A DNA stretch of 30,971 nt. Origin: an uncultured Methanobrevibacter sp. (GTDB lineage: Archaea > Methanobacteriota > Methanobacteria > Methanobacteriales > Methanobacteriaceae). Positions 25,079 to 30,971 of this stretch are shown here, in pieces. The stretch spans positions 1-30,971 of the forward strand of contig NZ_CACZTX010000014.1 in the NCBI RefSeq assembly GCF_902784195.1, given 5' to 3'. The notes beneath the pieces were generated by a model. That model was not told the DNA's origin. It saw only the letters and a program-made list of their open reading frames with translations, and did not search any database. A program made the position numbers and the translations under genes. Every line of letters starts with the position of its first letter. The first letter of the stretch is position 1.

Positions 25079-25729
25079 ATTTTGACTCCTGTAATAATTA
25101 TTGTTGTATATAATATGACTATATAGTTTCATATGAATATAATTTTAGAAAAATGATTCAAATTCATGTCAAAAATTTGGTTTTGAGTTTTGAATTTTTT
25201 TGATTTTCTCCGGTTTTAGGGCTGATTTTCAGTTTACTTCGTTATACATCAATTTTTTACATATCATCAATTTTATTCATTATTTTTCAAAAAAAGTATA
25301 CAATTACATAATTTATCTGAACTTTACTAAATAAACTAATAATTAATTTAATAAAATATATACATTTCTATATACTATAACAATATATGATATGATAACA
25401 TTTATATATGGAGTATTTACAATATTATAATACTTGATATTGTTAATTGATTTAGGTTGATGTAAAAATATTATCAAAAAAATTATCTTTTTGATAGTGT
25501 GATTAGATATTTCTATGAAATTATATTCGAAATTTTCTAATATTAATTGAAAAGTTAATATTCATGTTTTTTAAAGATGGCCAACTTTAGAGGATGTAGG
25601 CCCTTCGCTCAATTTTTGAGCATTTTATGAACATATATGGAATGAATCTCAAAAGATTTGTTGTTTCGCTATTTTTACTCGACCCTTTAATTACTTAACA
25701 TGGTTAATATTTAATACTATCTACATTTT

Positions 25730-25861
25730 AAACTAGATTTAAACTAGATATAAATGGGATGAATTTAAACAAAACATCAACCTAAAGCTTTTTTTTATTT
25801 TCATCCCATCTATATCTAGTTTTTAACTAGATACACGGTATGATAAACCTGGTTTACCATA
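25730..25861. promoter_or_regulatory. adhesin leader element cluster: AAACTAGAT direct/inverted repeats, 23-bp inverted repeat, 23-bp near-palindrome
   Basis: AAACTAGAT occurs at 25730-25738 and 25741-49, ATCTAGTTT at 25814-22, and AACTAGAT at 25825-32. The arms 25741-25763 and 25800-25822 are reverse complements with one mismatch and a 36-nt loop. TATGATAAACC-T-GGTTTACCATA lies at 25839-25861. Confidence 0.45.
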
Positions 25862-25903
25862 TCGTTTTTAATAATATAATTAATAAAAAAAGGAGGACAT
25901 TTT

Positions 25904-28900
25904 ATCAATACTAAAATAATTAATTCGATTTTAATTATTTTGATGTTATTCTGTTTAATATCTTTAGTTGGGATCGCTTCGGCGGAAGATATTTCTGATA
26001 ATGAAATAATATCTTATGATGATACAATTGATATATCAACGGAAAATTCCAATCTGCAAGAAATTTCTGATCTGAGTTCTGCTTCAGATTCAAATGATAT
26101 ATCAAACGAGATTTCGAACGCCGATGATTCTGCTGATGATACATCTGATGATGTAATCACCAGTAGTTCATCAAAAGAAGTACTTGGTGCAAACAAACTT
26201 TATGCTAGCTATGATTTATCTGGCTCAACACTCGCGGATATTCAAGCTTATTTGGATTCTGGAAGTGTGGTAGCAGGAGACACCATTTACTTAGGTAATC
26301 AAACATGGAATTCTGGAAATTGGGGCCCTTATAGTGGGGGACCTGTTCAAGTCAATATTCCTAATTTGATTATTAGTGGTGGAACAAGTGGAAGTCCTAA
26401 TGACTTTGCTACTATAAGTGCCGGAAGTAAGATCTTCCAATTAAATGCGCCGGGCATTACTTTGAAAAATATTGCATTTACAAATACTGCACAAGGACCA
26501 TGTTGTGCTGTAAACATTCAGTCATCAGATTCTACCATAACCAATTGTGTTTTCGACCATTGTTATAATCAAAATGGTGCTGCAATTTATGGTTCATCTT
26601 CCTCATCAAATACAAAAATTGAAAATTGTAATTTTACAAACAATGAAGCTATTTGGAGTGGAAAAGGAACTGTTTATTATGAAGGTTCTGATTTAACAAT
26701 TACTGGCAGTATTTTTGATGCTAATATTGGTGGTGCAGTTTACTCTGAAGGAGATACAGAAATAACCGACTGTATATTTGAAGATCATACTACTGATAAA
26801 ATTATAGTTGACCTTCATGGTACTGCAAAAGTAACCAACTCTAATTTCACCAATAACAATGTTACTGGATGGAATGTAGGAGCATTAAATATCGGTGGTG
26901 AAAACAGTTTAATTGAAAACTGTAATTTCATTAATAACAGTGCTCAAGGTTACGGTGGTGCAGTTGGTGTCAATGGTATTAACTCCCAGATAAAGGATAG
27001 TACTTTCACCAATAACCATGCTACTAGTGGTGGAGCAATACATGACTCTGCAAGTGGATTAACTGTAAGCAATTGTGCATTTGAAAACAACACCGCGAAT
27101 AGTGGTGGAGGTGCAATTGATCTTTCTTATGACAATGCTGTTGTAAGTGACTGTAATTTCACCAATAATAGTGCGAACAGTCAAGGTGGAGCTATTTACA
27201 TTGGTTGGGATTGTAATCGCCAAACAATCACTAATTGTGATTTCACTGATAATGATGCAGGTAGTCAGGGTGGAGCTATTTACGCTGACTCAGAAGGAAA
27301 TAAAGTCACTTATTCCAACTTTACTGGAAATAGCGCTCCTAATGGTGGTGCTATCCAATTAGGTGGAGATAGTGATGATTTCGATCTTGAACATGTTATC
27401 TTTGAAAATAACCATGCGTATGTTTATCAAGGTGAATGGGGTCCTGTTGGTGGTCACGGTGGTGCAATCAATGCCGATAACCATAATGAAATCAACCCCG
27501 ATATTGTTGATGTAACTTTCATTAACAACACCGCAGATATTGCAGGTGGTGCAGTAAAACACCATTCCAACTGGACATTTACTGACTGTGAATTCATTAA
27601 TAACTCTGCAAATCCGGATAATAACCCATCTTATGTAAGTGATGAAATATCATTCGGTGGAGGAGCACTTTGGTGTTGTGATGGAATTAGTAATTTAATT
27701 AATACTGATTTCATCGGTAACAATGCAACCTTTGGTGGTGCTATCAGAGGTGCAGTTAATGCAAAAGACTGTCTAGTAGAAAACAATACCGCTTTCAATG
27801 GTAATGGTGGTGGTATTGACATGACTATTGATGCACGTCTTTTTGAAAATGAAACATTCCTTACAGCTGTAAATGTGAAGGACTGTACTTTTATCAATAA
27901 CAGTGCTCAAGGAGATTACCAACCTAGTGAAGAAGCAAAAGGTGGTAAGGCTCAAGGTGGTGCTATTCATGTTTACAGAGTAGATGGTATGGTTCTTGAT
28001 AACATTACCTGTATTGACAACAGTGCTTACAGAGGAGGTGCAATTGACCTCTATGTAATGAACTTCACTACCCTTTCAAATTCAACATTGTTAAACAATA
28101 CCGCTACCCTTGGTGGAGGTATTGCTGTTGTGGGTAACCACACTCGTTTTGACAATGTTACCATGACTGAAAATGCTGCCGTAGTAAACGGTAGTCAAGA
28201 TGGTCAAGGTGGTGGAATATGGGTTATTGGAGAAGACTGCAGAATCTTTAACTCTACTATTGACCACAATATTGCAGAAGGTCAAGGTGGTGGAGCATGG
28301 ATTAACGGATCCGATGTTCAACTAAATAACACTGTCCTAGATTCAAACGTAGCAGAAGCTGAAATGCTAGCTGCGGGTGGTGGATTGTTTGTAGAAGGTG
28401 ATGGTTGTATTTTCAACAACAATACAATCACAAGGAACAATTGTTCCAGTGATTCTGGAACCGGTGGTGGAATATGTGTCACCGGTGAAAATTGTATTTT
28501 TACAAATAATACAATCGACTATAATTTTGCTACTTATGGTGGTGGTGTATCTGTTGATGGTGCAAATACTAATTTCACCCATAACAATATGTCATATAAT
28601 AGAGCAGAAACTGGTGGAGGATTCTTTGTACAAGGTGAGGATTTATATGTTGAAGATTTATATGCCTTCAACAACACTGCTGAAAACGGTGGTGCTGCAG
28701 CAACTCTTTTAGCTGACGGTACCATATTTAAGAATTCCACTTTTGAAAACAACACTGCTATAGGTGACTTATCTGAGGATAGAGGTGAAGGAGGAGCAAT
28801 TCATATTTCTGCTTCTTCAAACGTGCTTGTACAAGCAGATTTCATTAATAACACAGCTTGTAATGGTTCAGCTATTTATGTAGATAATTTCTGGGGACTC

Positions 28901-30556
28901 CCTTCAGATGTAAAAGTCATAAATAGTACTTTCTTTGAAAACCAAGCATGGTCTTACCTATTAAACATCACCCCAGAAAACAACACTTATCTTAACGAAG
29001 GTCAAGAATTCAATATAAGTGTTAGCCACCAAGGTGGAGACAATATTATAAATGCAATCTACAATGATGAAGATTGTGAAACAATTTTAAACAATGTAAC
29101 TTATCCATTCATGACATGGGATGGACAGTTAATAAACAAAACAACCCCAACTCAAGATATTCGACCTGTAATGGGTGCGGAAAACAGTGATTATGGTAAT
29201 TTATTATACCAAGATGATTTCGAAAATAATCAAATCATTAATGTTCTAGTAAAAGATAAAAATGGAAATGTAGTTGTCGACAAAAATGGAACAACCTTAA
29301 GTTTCGAGGGTTTGAAAACAGATATTTTCGGTGATATTTTCATTGTAAAAGATGGAGAAATCATTAGATGCATACCTGTAGCCGGTTTAGAACCTGGAAG
29401 GTATTATGTAGAAGCTACTCACCCAGAAGACAGATATTATTTAGAAATTTATAATTTCACTGTCCTTAGAGTCGGTCCTACTGATTTAGAGATCAATAAA
29501 ACAGTAAGCAATGCTAGTTGTGATGTTGATGATATTGTCGACTGGAATGTCACTACCGGAAACATTGGACCAATTGATGCTGAAAATGTTACTGTAAGAG
29601 ATACCTTACCTGAAGGTCTTGATTTACTCGATTTAACTTTCAACTTCTTTGATTCAATTAACGGAAACTGGTGTACTGGTAAACTCAATTTAACTACTAA
29701 CACTTTAACTTATGGAGTTTACAATGCAACTGCAGGCACCTGGACTTATAATGAAGCAAGTTATGATGGAACTGGCACATGGAATATTGTCATTCCAGAT
29801 ATTGATGGAAATGTTGATATCTTAAAGCCAGTTACAATTAGCTTAACCTTAAATAAGGGTTCAGACACTACAGTTACTTTATTTGTAAGCGACTTATTAG
29901 AGCAATCAAGTGTTGTCATGAACTTAGTTACCAATGTAACTAAAGAAGGTGAATTTACCAATTTTGCTAATGTAACTACCGACACTCCAGAAACTAATTA
30001 CACTAACAATAATGCTAGCAACACTACAACAACAGTTGTTGAACTCACCAATCTTACTGTGATTAAGGTTTGGGATGATGAGAATAACCAAGATGGTGTC
30101 AGACCTGTCAATGTTACCATTGAGTTATTTGCAGATGGTGTAAAGATTAATGAGACTGTTTTAAATGAAGGTAATAATTGGAAATATACTTTCACTGATT
30201 TACCTGTTAAGAATAATGGTCAAGTTATAAATTACACTGTTAATGAGACTGTCATTAATAATTACACAACAGTAATTAGTAATGAGACTGCTTATAACTG
30301 GACTGTACTTAACATTCACGTTCCTGAATTGACTGAGGTCAATGTGACTAAGGTTTGGGATGATGAGAATAACCAAGATGGTGTCAGACCTCCTAGTGTG
30401 ACTGTTATTTTGTATGCTGACGGCACAGAAATCAACCGTACTGTTTTGTCTGAGGAGAACAATTGGAAATGGACTTTCCCAGACTTAGATGTCTATAAAG
30501 ACGGTGTTTTAATCGTTTACACTGTTAATGAACAATTGGAAATGGACTTTCCCTGA
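25904..30556 (+). CDS. secreted adhesin-like protein: signal peptide, acidic S/D-rich segment, long right-handed beta-helix (Pmp/PbH1-type GGAI repeats), DUF11-like domain, CnaB-type repeats; frame broken at 30531-30556
   Basis: ORF track 25940-30556 (1,538 aa). It has dozens of NxTFxxNxAxxGGAI-type repeats, the DUF11-like LEINKTVSN...NVTVRDTLPEGL, and CnaB-like units KVWDDENNQDGVRP...YTVNE. I extend the 5' end to ATC 25904, which lies 7 nt after AGGAGG and gives MNTKIINSILIILMLFCLISLVGIASA-ED, a complete signal peptide. The start is uncertain. Confidence 0.85.
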   Translation: MNTKIINSILIILMLFCLISLVGIASAEDISDNEIISYDDTIDISTENSNLQEISDLSSASDSNDISNEISNADDSADDTSDDVITSSSSKEVLGANKLYASYDLSGSTLADIQAYLDSGSVVAGDTIYLGNQTWNSGNWGPYSGGPVQVNIPNLIISGGTSGSPNDFATISAGSKIFQLNAPGITLKNIAFTNTAQGPCCAVNIQSSDSTITNCVFDHCYNQNGAAIYGSSSSSNTKIENCNFTNNEAIWSGKGTVYYEGSDLTITGSIFDANIGGAVYSEGDTEITDCIFEDHTTDKIIVDLHGTAKVTNSNFTNNNVTGWNVGALNIGGENSLIENCNFINNSAQGYGGAVGVNGINSQIKDSTFTNNHATSGGAIHDSASGLTVSNCAFENNTANSGGGAIDLSYDNAVVSDCNFTNNSANSQGGAIYIGWDCNRQTITNCDFTDNDAGSQGGAIYADSEGNKVTYSNFTGNSAPNGGAIQLGGDSDDFDLEHVIFENNHAYVYQGEWGPVGGHGGAINADNHNEINPDIVDVTFINNTADIAGGAVKHHSNWTFTDCEFINNSANPDNNPSYVSDEISFGGGALWCCDGISNLINTDFIGNNATFGGAIRGAVNAKDCLVENNTAFNGNGGGIDMTIDARLFENETFLTAVNVKDCTFINNSAQGDYQPSEEAKGGKAQGGAIHVYRVDGMVLDNITCIDNSAYRGGAIDLYVMNFTTLSNSTLLNNTATLGGGIAVVGNHTRFDNVTMTENAAVVNGSQDGQGGGIWVIGEDCRIFNSTIDHNIAEGQGGGAWINGSDVQLNNTVLDSNVAEAEMLAAGGGLFVEGDGCIFNNNTITRNNCSSDSGTGGGICVTGENCIFTNNTIDYNFATYGGGVSVDGANTNFTHNNMSYNRAETGGGFFVQGEDLYVEDLYAFNNTAENGGAAATLLADGTIFKNSTFENNTAIGDLSEDRGEGGAIHISASSNVLVQADFINNTACNGSAIYVDNFWGLPSDVKVINSTFFENQAWSYLLNITPENNTYLNEGQEFNISVSHQGGDNIINAIYNDEDCETILNNVTYPFMTWDGQLINKTTPTQDIRPVMGAENSDYGNLLYQDDFENNQIINVLVKDKNGNVVVDKNGTTLSFEGLKTDIFGDIFIVKDGEIIRCIPVAGLEPGRYYVEATHPEDRYYLEIYNFTVLRVGPTDLEINKTVSNASCDVDDIVDWNVTTGNIGPIDAENVTVRDTLPEGLDLLDLTFNFFDSINGNWCTGKLNLTTNTLTYGVYNATAGTWTYNEASYDGTGTWNIVIPDIDGNVDILKPVTISLTLNKGSDTTVTLFVSDLLEQSSVVMNLVTNVTKEGEFTNFANVTTDTPETNYTNNNASNTTTTVVELTNLTVIKVWDDENNQDGVRPVNVTIELFADGVKINETVLNEGNNWKYTFTDLPVKNNGQVINYTVNETVINNYTTVISNETAYNWTVLNIHVPELTEVNVTKVWDDENNQDGVRPPSVTVILYADGTEINRTVLSEENNWKWTFPDLDVYKDGVLIVYTVNEQLEMDFP

Positions 30557-30971
30557 ATTGGACAAATACAAGAACGGTGAATTAATCGTTTATACTGTTA
30601 ATGAGACTGCTGTTGCTAATTATACTGTTAACATTACTCAGGTGGGCAATGATTTCACCTTGAACAACACTCATGTTCCTGAATTGACTGAAGTTAACGT
30701 GACCAAGATTTGGGACGATAACAATGATCAAGATGGTGTCAGACCTCCTAGTGTGACTGTTATCTTGTATGCTGACGGCACTGAGATCAACCGTACTGTT
30801 TTGTCTGAGGAGAACAATTGGAAATGGACTTTCCCTGAATTGGACAAATACAACAACGGAATCTTGATTGTCTACACTGTTAATGAGACTGCTGTTGCTA
30901 ATTATACTGTTAACATTACTCAGGTGGGCAATGATTTCACCTTGAACAACACTCACGTTCCTGAATTGACT
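30035..30971 (+). repeat. tandem CnaB-type coding repeats: units of 285, 355 (282+73) and 282 bp, with the next unit cut by the window end
   Basis: The anchors GTT(GTT/CCT)GAA(CTC/TTG)AC lie at 30035, 30320, 30675 and 30957. Units 2 and 3 share long near-identical DNA stretches. Confidence 0.85.
30531..30971 (+). CDS. continuation of the adhesin CnaB repeats in the +1 frame relative to 25904-30556 (open to window end)
   Basis: Own translation from 30531: NNWKWTFPELDKYKNGELIVYTVNETAVANYTVNITQVGNDFTLNNTHVPELTEVNVTKIWDDNNDQDGVRPPSVTVILYADGTEINRTVLSEENNWKWTFPELDKYNNGILIVYTVNETAVANYT... There is no stop codon before 30971. It is not in the ORF track, and the listed minus-strand ORF 30582-30956 is its mirror image. 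Confidence 0.8.

Noticed and set aside
25079-25132. 18-codon 5' extension of the flavoprotein ORF (MKLYSHIIYNNNYYRSQN)
   Set aside because: The family N-terminus is MKILGICGSPR at ATG 25078, with AGGAG upstream. The extension is AT-rich spacer.
25577-25630. 17-aa ORF MANFRGCRPFAQFLSIL in a locally GC-richer patch of the adhesin leader
   Set aside because: It is too short to support, with no SD. It is noted only because of the GGCC...GGCC patch.
26014-30195. about a dozen 60-104-aa ORFs on both strands inside the adhesin gene
   Set aside because: All are nested in the 4.6-kb adhesin ORF. The repetitive GGT/GGA/AAT-rich coding sequence keeps alternative frames open, and none has a recognisable motif.
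30582-30956. 124-aa minus-strand ORF at the right edge
   Set aside because: It is antisense to the CnaB-type coding repeats, and its internal duplication simply mirrors the 282-bp tandem units. The plus strand carries the recognisable KIWDDNNDQDGVRP...YTVNET repeats.
1-30971. tRNA, rRNA, IS element, integrase or prophage boundaries
   Set aside because: I saw no GC-rich 70-90-nt patches with cloverleaf-like complementarity, no rRNA-like conserved strings, and no transposase or integrase ORFs. This is a by-eye scan only; tRNAscan-SE/Infernal would be decisive.

Overview
This is a strongly AT-rich archaeal chromosomal segment. The gene content includes F420-dependent methylene-H4MPT dehydrogenase (mtd), a CbiA/CfbB-type a,c-diamide synthase, a stand-alone TrpB2, an iron-sulfur flavoprotein, a ModE-like regulator and a secreted adhesin-like protein of more than 1,550 aa with beta-helix and CnaB-type repeats. 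Together with the recurrent GGTGAT-type Shine-Dalgarno + 3 nt + ATG arrangement, this points to a Methanobacteriales methanogen, most plausibly a Methanobrevibacter. I support 24 protein-coding genes. Two are absent from the ORF track: a truncated OYE-type oxidoreductase at the left edge and a 66-aa 2x[4Fe-4S] ferredoxin. I saw no rRNA, tRNA, CRISPR array, transposase or integrase. Most genes are housekeeping. Four things stand out. (1) A 2.4-kb repeat-dense AT-rich island (13388-15800) surrounds one orphan coiled-coil gene. It carries ORB-like ACAnTTGAAA boxes in inverted orientation, a second box family that flips orientation around phased T-tracts, and 13-bp palindromes. It is a candidate replication-origin-like or otherwise undescribed protein-binding locus. 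(2) A ParA ATPase sits with a chimeric partner (bacterial ParB-type N-terminal peptide, ~135-aa acidic linker, small RHH-like C-terminus). The pair is preceded by an array of ATAAGTTAT/TTATAAC repeats and a perfect 22-bp palindrome, making it a candidate archaeal partition cassette with its centromere. (3) The adhesin locus has nested inverted repeats in its leader, a possible invertible segment, and a 73-bp out-of-frame imperfect duplication that breaks the CnaB repeat region. (4) In three genes, SD spacing and N-terminal sequence logic point to AUA/AUU/AUC initiation or to start-codon lesions. All functional calls come from motif recognition by eye, without database searches.
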